Origin: an uncultured Armatimonadetes bacterium
GTDB taxonomy: Bacteria > Armatimonadota > UBA5829 > DTJY01
Assembly: GCA_963717145.1 (NCBI GenBank)
Contig: OY970325.1
Location: forward strand, 3,648,001 to 3,712,000
Length of the DNA stretch: 64,000 nucleotides
Direction: 5' to 3'
Made by a program: the position numbers and the translations under genes. Below are positions 46,703-55,473 of the stretch, one piece after another. The notes under the pieces are model-generated. The model ran no database searches. It had not been told where the DNA came from and saw nothing but the letters and a program-made list of their open reading frames with translations. Numbering within the stretch: position 1 is the stretch's first letter; every line of letters starts with the position of its first letter.

Positions 46703-47863
46703 TCATTCCCCCGCGGCCGCCGCGATCAGTCCCTTGGAAATCTCCTCGCGCTGGATCTGGTTCGTGCCCTCATAGATCTGCGTGATCTTCGCGTCGCGCA
46801 TGTACTTCTCGATCGGGTACTCCTTCATGTAACCATACCCGCCGAAGACCTGGAGCGCGTTGGTCGTGACCTCCATCGCCACGTCGGAAGCGAAGCACTT
46901 CGCCATCGCGGAGTAGGTCGTCGCTTTCTTCGGTTTCGCCTGATCGATCCACCGGGCGGTCGCATAGATGAGCGCGCGAGCGGCCTCGACCTTCATCCCC
47001 ATATCGGCGAGCATCCAGCGGAGTCCCTGGAACGACGAGATCGGCTGGCCGAACTGCCGGCGCTCGCGGGAGTACTTCACCGCCAGATCGAGCGCCCCCT
47101 GAGCGATCCCCAGCGCCTGGGACGCCACTCCCGGCCGCGACATGTCGAACGTCTTCATCGCGTTGAAGAAGCCGGATCCGGGCCTGCCGAGGACGTTCTC
47201 CTTCGGCACACGGCAGTCCTGGAAGATCAGCTCGCGCGTCGCGGAGGCGCGGATCCCCATCTTGTTTTCCTTCTTGCCGAACGTGAAGCCGGGAGTGCCC
47301 TTCTCGACGACGATGGTCGATACCCCGCGCGGCCCTCTGGTCGGGTCGGTGACACAGAAGATGGTGTAGATCTCGGCCTCGCCGCCGTTCGTGATCCACT
47401 GCTTCGTGCCGTTGACGACGTACTCATCGCCGTCGAGGATCGCGGTCGTGGCGACTGCCCCTGCATCGGAGCCGGCGTTGGCCTCGGTCAGGCCGAATGC
47501 CGCGAGCGTTCCACCGGCGATTCTGGGTAGCCACTTGGCCTTCTGTTCGTCACTCCCCGCGATGAGGATCGGCATCGTGCCGAGACCGGTCGCCGCGAAC
47601 CCGAGGGATATGCCCCCGCACGCCTTCGACAACTCCTCGGTGACGATGCACATGTTCATGATCGGGCTGCCGAGGTCCATGCCCTCGTACTCCTCCGGTA
47701 TGAAAACGCGGAAGAGGTCGGCCTCAGCGATCGCCTTTGTGATCTCCCAGGGGAACTCGCCCGATTCGTCGAACTCGGCGGATACCGGCCGAATCTTCTT
47801 GTCGGCGATCTCGCGGGCGACATCCCGCATCATTTGCTGCTCTTCCGTGAAGAAATAGTCCAT
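46703..47863 (-). CDS. Acyl-CoA dehydrogenase
   Basis: GLTEANAGSD, NGTKQWITNG, KMGIRAS, RRQFGQ, FGGYGY, QIYEGTNQIQR. Confidence 0.96.
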   Translation of the reverse strand: MDYFFTEEQQMMRDVAREIADKKIRPVSAEFDESGEFPWEITKAIAEADLFRVFIPEEYEGMDLGSPIMNMCIVTEELSKACGGISLGFAATGLGTMPILIAGSDEQKAKWLPRIAGGTLAAFGLTEANAGSDAGAVATTAILDGDEYVVNGTKQWITNGGEAEIYTIFCVTDPTRGPRGVSTIVVEKGTPGFTFGKKENKMGIRASATRELIFQDCRVPKENVLGRPGSGFFNAMKTFDMSRPGVASQALGIAQGALDLAVKYSRERRQFGQPISSFQGLRWMLADMGMKVEAARALIYATARWIDQAKPKKATTYSAMAKCFASDVAMEVTTNALQVFGGYGYMKEYPIEKYMRDAKITQIYEGTNQIQREEISKGLIAAAAGE

Positions 47864-47940
47864 TGTTTCTGCACCCCTCTTAGGTTCAAAGTTCAAGGGT
47901 CAAGGTTCAACGCGGAGGAGGTTACTTCCTCTGTGGGGCT

Positions 47941-48052
47941 ACCGACAACGAATATCAAACGAATAAGCGAACGTGCCGTGATCAGTTGTCCGGAAAAACC
48001 GGACAACTGACATGCGAGCAATTCGCTTATTCGTTTGATATTCGTTGTCGGT
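47941..48052. repeat. Nested palindrome: 31-bp perfect outer arms enclosing a 12-bp perfect hairpin
   Basis: Outer arms 47941-47971 and 48022-48052; inner TCAGTTGTCCGG-AAAAA-CCGGACAACTGA. Confidence 0.85.
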
Positions 48053-48134
48053 CGGGGACTCGCGGAGTACAACCCCGCTAGACAGTGATGCGGGCCGGAG
48101 TCCAACTCCGGCCCGAACGGTCACGGGTAGATGA

Positions 48135-49904
48135 CTATTCCCCGTACCGCGCCTCGAGCAGCTTGTTCAGAAACTCGATGTCGTTGCGGATCGTCTGGCG
48201 CTCGGCCTTGCAGCGATCGGGGAAAGCGCGGTCGGTCCTGTCCGCGAGCGACTCCAGGGTGCGGAGATACCCCTCCGCGATCCAGCGGGAATGCGGAGTG
48301 GCGATGATCTTGTTGAACTGGTCGCGGACCGGATTGAGGCCGGTGTTCGGCTTTCCACAGATGATGAAGCCGGGGTACATCTCGACCGCCTCCTTGAGCA
48401 CCTCGCGCTCCTCGGGCGTGTTGCCGAGATGGAGGATCGCCTGGCCGATCGACCGCATCGGGTCGTAGGCCTGAGGGTTATACGCGTAGTCGGCGCAGGT
48501 CAGCATCGGGAGGCGGTTCCACTCGTTCTGCTGGCAGAGCGGATTGCTCATGTACCCATCGACCACCTCGCAGAGGTCCGAGTCGCGGTTGATCACCGGG
48601 CCGAGGTGCATCGTGGGGTTGGCGTCATTGACCGGGTAGTTGTCCCACAGGAATAGGCGGTGCTTCGCGATACCCTTGTACGTTTCGGCGGCCTTGCGGG
48701 TAATGTTGCCGACCACGCTGTCGCCGGTCCAGAAGAGATAGACGTCCTTGTCGAGTTCCTTCGCGATGACCTCGAGGTACGCCTTCGCCGCCGCATCGGT
48801 CCCGTCTCCCCAGTAGAACGTCGGGCAGAAGATCATCTTGGCATCCGGGTCCTTCGCCTTGAGCCGCTCGAAGATGATGTTGACGACCCGCGACTGGCCG
48901 GACGCATCGATCCCCTGGCTGATGTCATCGAGCGAGATGTTGAACCACTTGACGCCGAGCCCCTGCATCCAGGAGTAGTGTTTCCAGAGGTCGTCGATGT
49001 CCTTGTCCGACTTGTAGTCGAGCGGGCGCTTGCTGCACAAGTTCGGGTTCATGCTGAAGCAGAACTCGATGCTGTTCTTCTGGCATTGGCGCACGATGTT
49101 CTCGTAGGCCGCCTTCTTGGTAGCCGGGAGGTCCTCCCACCAGCGATTGACCTCCGGGTTGCCCCACGCGTAGTGCTCGACGTCGGTCATGCTCCCGTAG
49201 CAGTTCTGGAGGAAGTTCATCTTGTACTTGGCGAGCACGGGAATCTCCGAGAGATACTGCTCGGGTGTCCACATCCAGCCCTTGGTGCCGCGCATGCCGA
49301 ACCCCGGCTTCTGCCCCGATGCGAGCGGCTCGGGGAACTGGCGCTTCTCGGCCGGCATCGTGACCCAGAAGTCCTTGCTCAGGTCGCGGACGATCACGAA
49401 CTCCTCCGCCCCGACGATGCACTTCGCCACCTGGAACCATGGAGGCCAGCCGAGTCCTCCTTCCTTCTCGGTGCATCGGACGACCAGCGTGTTCTGACCT
49501 TCCTTGAGCGTCCCGGCTGGGATGGCGAACTTGATGGTCTTCCACTCCTTCTCGGAGAACTTGTTCGGGCCGCTGAGTATCGTCTTGCCGTTCAACTCGA
49601 TCGCGATCGCGCACTGCTCCGGGCCGTCGTCATCACGTCCCCTGAGGTGCACGAACATCGGCTGCTGGGGGACCGACTTCGCCTCGAACGTCGCCTGCAT
49701 CTTCGACCGATCGCCGGTCGGTTCGGCATAGACGTAGTTCACCTGCCACTCGCCGGCCATGGTCGAGCCGTACAGGTCAGCGGCCCCGCCCTTGAAGTCC
49801 GTGCCGGCCAACTCCGCCACCGCCGGCCCCGCCTTGGCGTGTGCCATGCCCGCGATCAGGCAGAGTGCAACTGCTGCAAATGCTGAGGTCTTCAGTAGTC
49901 TCAC
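48135..49904 (-). CDS. GH84-like beta-N-acetylglucosaminidase with N-terminal beta-sandwich
   Basis: ISLDDI, IFCPTFY, FWTG, LWDNYPVND, GYMSNP; signal peptide; GTG start with GGAGG. Confidence 0.85.
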   Translation of the reverse strand: MRLLKTSAFAAVALCLIAGMAHAKAGPAVAELAGTDFKGGAADLYGSTMAGEWQVNYVYAEPTGDRSKMQATFEAKSVPQQPMFVHLRGRDDDGPEQCAIAIELNGKTILSGPNKFSEKEWKTIKFAIPAGTLKEGQNTLVVRCTEKEGGLGWPPWFQVAKCIVGAEEFVIVRDLSKDFWVTMPAEKRQFPEPLASGQKPGFGMRGTKGWMWTPEQYLSEIPVLAKYKMNFLQNCYGSMTDVEHYAWGNPEVNRWWEDLPATKKAAYENIVRQCQKNSIEFCFSMNPNLCSKRPLDYKSDKDIDDLWKHYSWMQGLGVKWFNISLDDISQGIDASGQSRVVNIIFERLKAKDPDAKMIFCPTFYWGDGTDAAAKAYLEVIAKELDKDVYLFWTGDSVVGNITRKAAETYKGIAKHRLFLWDNYPVNDANPTMHLGPVINRDSDLCEVVDGYMSNPLCQQNEWNRLPMLTCADYAYNPQAYDPMRSIGQAILHLGNTPEEREVLKEAVEMYPGFIICGKPNTGLNPVRDQFNKIIATPHSRWIAEGYLRTLESLADRTDRAFPDRCKAERQTIRNDIEFLNKLLEARYGE

Positions 49905-50839
49905 GGAACCCTCCTCCAGTGCTCAGGTATTGGTACACAGCGTTCCCAATGCTTGAACTCCACAAAGTAATGGCCCTGGTTGTCTGGCTGGCGCAGGTTA
50001 CCTGCGTCGTAGAGCGCAAGATCAGCCCGTTTGGCAGCTTGGCTAAGGATGCCTTGCAGAGCAGACGCGTCCGGGTCTTGACGGACAATGTGCAGGCTTT
50101 GCTCATGAGGATCTGTAAGACGCACATGCACATAGTCTTCTCCCAGGATTGTCTGAGCATCCTGAGGCTGTCTCTGTATCTGCTCAAGTAGCTGCACCAG
50201 GGCTGATTCCGGGTTCGTCCTGGCAACGGCGGCTGCTAGTACGCTGCTCTCGAGCCGACTCTGCGGACCGCGATTGGCGTGCAGAAAGAATGGCTCCCAC
50301 CACACCTGCTCCAGCCAGTCGCATGCCTTAAGCATTCGCCCCGTGCCCCGGCAGAGCGCAAATGAGTTGCCTACTCCGGGTGTCACGTCCCCGGTTTCAG
50401 TTACCTCGAAGCCAGCTTCCCGTATGGTGGCAAGGTAGTCAAGGGCTTCGTCACGTGAAACGAGACGTAACATGGTCACGCGATCATCGGGATCGATCAG
50501 ACTGTTCACTGCTTGCTCAGCGAAGTGGTCACCATGCGGCCGCACCCCCGACATATACATCTCTTGCTGCTCCGGCGTGATGTCCTCACCCTTGTCTGCT
50601 CTAGACATCTCGCCGCCGCTTATCACAAGCAGACTGCCGTGCGCTTCCTCTACATTACAGTATTCCGGCCTGAACAGGCGTAGCAGCCCTCCAGGTCTCC
50701 TGCCGTAAAGGGACCGCTTCCTTTGGAGGTAGGGGTCATACCCCCATATCTCATCAGATGGGTAGCTCGACGTATCCAGCCCATAGACCGCGAAGAAGAA
50801 TCCGTCGATATGACTGGTGTTCAACTGCTTACCGTTCAC
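49901..50839 (-). CDS. Hypothetical protein
   Basis: 312-aa ORF with GTGA overlaps to both neighbours; no recognised motif. Confidence 0.7.
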   Translation of the reverse strand: MNGKQLNTSHIDGFFFAVYGLDTSSYPSDEIWGYDPYLQRKRSLYGRRPGGLLRLFRPEYCNVEEAHGSLLVISGGEMSRADKGEDITPEQQEMYMSGVRPHGDHFAEQAVNSLIDPDDRVTMLRLVSRDEALDYLATIREAGFEVTETGDVTPGVGNSFALCRGTGRMLKACDWLEQVWWEPFFLHANRGPQSRLESSVLAAAVARTNPESALVQLLEQIQRQPQDAQTILGEDYVHVRLTDPHEQSLHIVRQDPDASALQGILSQAAKRADLALYDAGNLRQPDNQGHYFVEFKHWERCVPIPEHWRRVP

Positions 50840-52920
50840 CGTTTACTTCTCGCCGCCCACTTCTTCCAGACCGCCGGGTCGGAGAGCATCTTGATGTACA
50901 CCCCGCCGATCACCGGGCGGGAATGGAGCCATGCCCTGTCCAGGTTGTCTGAGTGATACACATCCGCGAGGGCGACGTGGGCCGTCGTCCGGTTGAAGTA
51001 GTCGTAGACCGGATCGATGAACGCCTCGAAGTCGGAGCGCGACTCGGCCAGGGTGATCGTCATGATGAGCGCCTCGGTCTTCATCAGCGCCGCACGACCA
51101 TCGAGCGGGAGGCCGAACTTGTCCTGCTTCGTCTTGTAGTACGCAATCTCCTTGCGGGCGACCTCCGGCGCGAAGAGGTTCAGACCGACGATCCGATCCC
51201 ATACGAGATTATACTTCTGACTCCACGTCCCGGGCTTGTCGAACGCCAGCCGGTAGTGATCGCCGTCCTGAGCCATCGTGACCCACTTCTGAGCCATTCC
51301 CTCCGCGAGAGTGCGGTACTCGGCGGCGGTATCCTTCTTGCCAAGCATATCCGCGAGCTTGGAGTATGCCCCGAGCGCGACGATCGCCTTGATCGAGAGG
51401 TTCGCATTGTGCGCCAGGTGGCCCATGAAGTCGTCGGTGCAAAGCTGGTTCTCCGGGTCCATGCCCTTCTCGCGCAGGTACTCGGCCCACCTGGTCAGCA
51501 CGCTCCAGTGCTTCTCGGCGTAGTCGGCGTTCCCCTCGATCTTCGCGATCGCGGCGATCATCAGGAGCATGTTGCCCGACTCCTCGACCGGCATCTGGTT
51601 CTCCTCGGTCCGCTCGCCGCCGCCGTAGACCTGACCGTTCGCCAGCGGATACGTGCCGATGTCGTGCGGCGCGAACGGCCACTTCCACCTCTGAGACGAC
51701 GCGTATTCCAGCACCGGCGTCAGGTTCGCCTTGAGCAGATCGGGGTTGAGCAGCAGGAAGAACGGCGAGGTCGGATGGATGACATCGACCGTGCCGATAC
51801 ACCCGTTGCTTGTGTTCTCCTTCGAGAAGGCCAGCAGCGTGCCGTCGAAATCCGCGGCGTACCCATGGGCGGCGATACACTGACGGTATGCCGCGGCACA
51901 GATCGAGGCGTACTTCACTCCTCCCGCCTTCGTCAGATCGGCGGTCAGCTCCTTGTCGAACGCCGTGCACCTCTTCACGAGCGAGGCGTAGTCCTTTTCG
52001 GCGGCCGTGAGCAGTTGGCCGACATCCATGCCGGTCCGACGCCAGTACGGACGCAGCTTTCTTTCCATGAACTCGATCGCGAATACCTCGTCATAGGCGA
52101 TCAGAACATGCCTAGAGACTGACTCGCTGCCGACCTTGCCGATATCGAATGAGCAGACCATCGTCGGCCACGCGTCGTTCTCGGCGCGCGGCATGCGGAG
52201 ATCGTCCGATCCGGGAATCTTGCCCGATTTCGCGAATTCATCCCTCGCGACGTTTCCATCCATGATGACGGTATCGGATTCGCCCGGAACCGCCAGGTAC
52301 ACCTGCCCCCAGTCGATCCGCACGCCGTCGCCCGGCCGCTTGAGGATCGGCTGGTCGTCCGTGCCGATGCCGAGGACATCGAGAGCCTCGAGCTTGAACC
52401 TGTTCCACTTCACCTGCTGATCGGCGGTATGGACCGCCCACTCCCCGGTGACATCGAAGTAGATCGAGACATCATGCGGCGCGCCATCCGCCGACCGCAC
52501 CTCGAACGTGACGTAGCTCACCGGCCTGGTCAGCACGTCGATATCGTCGGTCAACAGCGGCGACATGAAGGTGAGCGTCATCTCGATGCCGGCGGCCTCG
52601 AACCGGTAGATCGAGCGCGTCGGTGTCACCTCGAGCCCGACCTGCTCCATGACCGGGACCGCGGGGGTGATGCCTGCGAATCGGTATGCCTTGCCGTCGA
52701 TCCGTGCGATCCCGCCGATCGCATTCACGCCGCCGGTCCAGTGCTTCGACCAGTCGTCGGTGAGGCGGTCACTCATCTGCCACACGCTGAAGTAGGGGTT
52801 GTGCGTCACCAGGGGTATCGCCGGCGGCCTGAATGGTTTCACATCCTCCGCTGCTGCGATCCCGGACGCAAGGAGGCACGTGATCACCGTTGCGAGGCCA
52901 AGTATCTCTCGTGGGGTCAT
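50836..52920 (-). CDS. Glutaminase A-like protein (DUF4964/DUF5127/DUF4965/DUF1793; putative glycosidase)
   Basis: RPPAIPL..HNPYFSVW, SKEN.SNGC..TVDV, APHD.G.YP, MPVEESGNM, NQLCTDDF. Confidence 0.88.
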   Translation of the reverse strand: MTPREILGLATVITCLLASGIAAAEDVKPFRPPAIPLVTHNPYFSVWQMSDRLTDDWSKHWTGGVNAIGGIARIDGKAYRFAGITPAVPVMEQVGLEVTPTRSIYRFEAAGIEMTLTFMSPLLTDDIDVLTRPVSYVTFEVRSADGAPHDVSIYFDVTGEWAVHTADQQVKWNRFKLEALDVLGIGTDDQPILKRPGDGVRIDWGQVYLAVPGESDTVIMDGNVARDEFAKSGKIPGSDDLRMPRAENDAWPTMVCSFDIGKVGSESVSRHVLIAYDEVFAIEFMERKLRPYWRRTGMDVGQLLTAAEKDYASLVKRCTAFDKELTADLTKAGGVKYASICAAAYRQCIAAHGYAADFDGTLLAFSKENTSNGCIGTVDVIHPTSPFFLLLNPDLLKANLTPVLEYASSQRWKWPFAPHDIGTYPLANGQVYGGGERTEENQMPVEESGNMLLMIAAIAKIEGNADYAEKHWSVLTRWAEYLREKGMDPENQLCTDDFMGHLAHNANLSIKAIVALGAYSKLADMLGKKDTAAEYRTLAEGMAQKWVTMAQDGDHYRLAFDKPGTWSQKYNLVWDRIVGLNLFAPEVARKEIAYYKTKQDKFGLPLDGRAALMKTEALIMTITLAESRSDFEAFIDPVYDYFNRTTAHVALADVYHSDNLDRAWLHSRPVIGGVYIKMLSDPAVWKKWAARSKR

Positions 52921-52997
52921 TACTTCTCTCCCGGACATGCGTTCGGTACGCTCCCATAATGCCACGCCGGGAGAGCGCGCGTCAAGAGTGGTGATGA

Positions 52998-53107
52998 ACT
53001 GGAGGGCCTGGCTCGTAGGGAACGGTCGCCGTCCCGTTCCGTGGTTGCAGGCATACAACAGAGCGGAACGGGACGGCGACCGTTCCCTACGAGCCAGGCC
53101 CTCCAGT
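52998..53107. repeat. GTAG REP-like palindrome with 44-bp perfect arms
   Basis: ACTGGAGGGCCTGGCTCGTAGGGAACGGTCGCCGTCCCGTTCCG and its exact reverse complement. Confidence 0.9.
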
Positions 53108-53108
53108 G

Positions 53109-55436
53109 CTACCTCACGATATCGAACGCATAGAGGTTCCCGTCATACGCCCCGACGTACAGTCGTCCGGCATACACGAGCGGTGACGAGGCGATCGGGG
53201 AACCGATGTTGTAGCTGTCGAGCCGCTCTCCGGTCGCGAGTGAAAGCGCATATAGGACGCCGTCGCTCGCACCGATGTATACTTTGCCGTCCGCGATCGT
53301 CGGCGTCGAGTTCACATCGCTGAGTCCGCGCTTGTACGGCTGCAACGACGACAGGCTCGGGCCCGTAATGAAGCTCCAGATCAGCGCTCCGTCCTTGGTG
53401 GAGTACGCGCACACCCGGCCATCTGCGGTGCCCACCACCATCTTGTCGCCGGAGACCGCCGGCCCGGAAGCGGTGTCGCCGACCTTGTCCGTTCCGGTCC
53501 ATACCACCGTTCCGGCCGCCGGATCGACCGAAGCCGGGAGGTCGTCCTTGATCGTATAAACGAAGTCGCCGGAAGGGGCGCACCCGTTGAACCTGCCCGG
53601 GATGCCCCAGAGCGGGTTACCCTTCTTCGCATCGAAGGCATGTGCCCCGACTCGGGTCATCATCAGCAGTCGCCCGTCGACCACGGTCGGGATGACATTT
53701 CCGCTCGGCCACCAGTCGCTCTTGGCCAGGGTTGTCGACCACATCGGTAGACCGAGTTCCTCTTCGAAAGCGGCTATATACGATACCCCGCCGACATAGA
53801 CGAATCCGTCAGCAACCGTCGTTGCCGCGGTCTCCCAGCGCTCTCGCTCCGGGTCCAAATCCACCGACCATCGAGGTTTTCCGTTCATGCGGTCGAGCCC
53901 GTAGAGCCGGCCCGCGACCGAGGTGGCGTAGATACCTTTCGGGGAGATCGCCACGTTGTTCTTGATCGCGCTGTCGGTATGGAAGTGCCACTCGTTCGAC
54001 AGGCCCTCGTCGAACACCCGGACGCCGGAGTCCTTCAGGTCGCCGGTATCGTTGACGCCGATCGCCACCATGCCGTCCTGGGCCTGCGGAGACGACAGTG
54101 TGATGAAGCCTCCGGTCGGCGCAACCGCTACGAGACTCAGGACAGGATGCTCGCCGGTCAATGCCTTCCCAAGCTGGAAATCGGCTTCTGCTCCCCACCG
54201 ATCGCCCTTTGTGTCACGGATCTCCGCGATCACGTGCTGGGGAGTCTCGAAATCCTTGGATGCGGCGATTTCGCCGACCCAACTCCACGCGCTCGCCCGC
54301 TTGAGCCGAACACGACGGTTGCCGATGGCACACTCAACCGAGGTCACCTTGGCACACGAATCGTACGCGTTCACGACGACTTGAAGCTTGCCGTTTCGAG
54401 GCGAGGGTGAACCGGACGGACTGACTACGACGGCATGATGCTTGAAGCCGCCGAACCGCAGCTCTGATGTGACTTCATCGCCTGCGACATCCACGATCCG
54501 GAAGCTCCGGGCCGTTCGGTCGATCCCTCCGAATCGCAGTGGAGGCGTGTTCAGATCGAGCACTCCGCCACTCTGGCGCGCGCGGTCTCCATGCCAGTGC
54601 CCGCTGAGTATGGCAGACGCTCCCACGCTGTCCAGGTAGTCCATCTGCGCCTCGGTCGGCAGATAGTGCATCGCAAAGATGCGCCGGCTTCCCTTAGGCG
54701 CAAGTGCCAGGTCCTTCGCGATCCATGCCTTCTGCGCATCGTCGAAGGCCATGGAGTTCACGACGACGAGGTGGCAGTTGCCCACGTTGAAGGAGTAGTA
54801 TTCCGGCCCGAGGATGCGCCGGTAGTTCGCCATGGATTCGGCATTCGAAGCATCGTGGTTGCCGGGGACGTTGAAGACCGGCAGCCTCGAAGTCCTTATG
54901 CCGCGTGCGTAGTTATCGAACTCGGGCACGTTCTTGCCATTGTTGACCAGATCGCCGGTGGCAAGGACGAACTCCGCGCCGGGGTCGAGGGAATTGATCT
55001 CATCGAGGTCCTCGACAAGAGTGCGAACAGTGGCGTGATCGGTCACATGAATGTCGGTGATCTGCGCGAACCGAACCGAATCAGCCCTCGATGCGATCCA
55101 CTGTCTCAGTGGGAAATCAAGGGTGGTATCTGTCTCGATCGCCTTGTAGAACGACTCGGCCGCTCGGTAACCCCTGGGCAGCGAGACAAACACGATCCTG
55201 CCGGGCTCGGTCTCCAGGCGGTATTCCCCCGAGGCCGGGGTGACAACCACCAGCCGCCCGTCCGACACCGCGACACCCGCGATCGCGTTCTCGCCGGGAC
55301 TCATCGCCCCATCGTTGTCCTTATCGAAGAACACCCTGCCCGAGACGGTCACAGCCAGGCAGGGGCTCGCAATCACAAGGGCAACCAGCCCAATCAACCA
55401 AGCCCTTCGGATTCGCATCAGCCCTATCTCCTTCAT
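53109..55436 (-). CDS. Metallophosphoesterase fused to PQQ-like beta-propeller repeats
   Basis: TDIH, TGDL, PGNHD, SGHWH; C-terminal SSP/VYIG..DG.LYA repeats. Confidence 0.88.
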   Translation of the reverse strand: MKEIGLMRIRRAWLIGLVALVIASPCLAVTVSGRVFFDKDNDGAMSPGENAIAGVAVSDGRLVVVTPASGEYRLETEPGRIVFVSLPRGYRAAESFYKAIETDTTLDFPLRQWIASRADSVRFAQITDIHVTDHATVRTLVEDLDEINSLDPGAEFVLATGDLVNNGKNVPEFDNYARGIRTSRLPVFNVPGNHDASNAESMANYRRILGPEYYSFNVGNCHLVVVNSMAFDDAQKAWIAKDLALAPKGSRRIFAMHYLPTEAQMDYLDSVGASAILSGHWHGDRARQSGGVLDLNTPPLRFGGIDRTARSFRIVDVAGDEVTSELRFGGFKHHAVVVSPSGSPSPRNGKLQVVVNAYDSCAKVTSVECAIGNRRVRLKRASAWSWVGEIAASKDFETPQHVIAEIRDTKGDRWGAEADFQLGKALTGEHPVLSLVAVAPTGGFITLSSPQAQDGMVAIGVNDTGDLKDSGVRVFDEGLSNEWHFHTDSAIKNNVAISPKGIYATSVAGRLYGLDRMNGKPRWSVDLDPERERWETAATTVADGFVYVGGVSYIAAFEEELGLPMWSTTLAKSDWWPSGNVIPTVVDGRLLMMTRVGAHAFDAKKGNPLWGIPGRFNGCAPSGDFVYTIKDDLPASVDPAAGTVVWTGTDKVGDTASGPAVSGDKMVVGTADGRVCAYSTKDGALIWSFITGPSLSSLQPYKRGLSDVNSTPTIADGKVYIGASDGVLYALSLATGERLDSYNIGSPIASSPLVYAGRLYVGAYDGNLYAFDIVR

Positions 55437-55473
55437 GTCATCAACTCCCATACTCCCACACTCCCATACTCTG

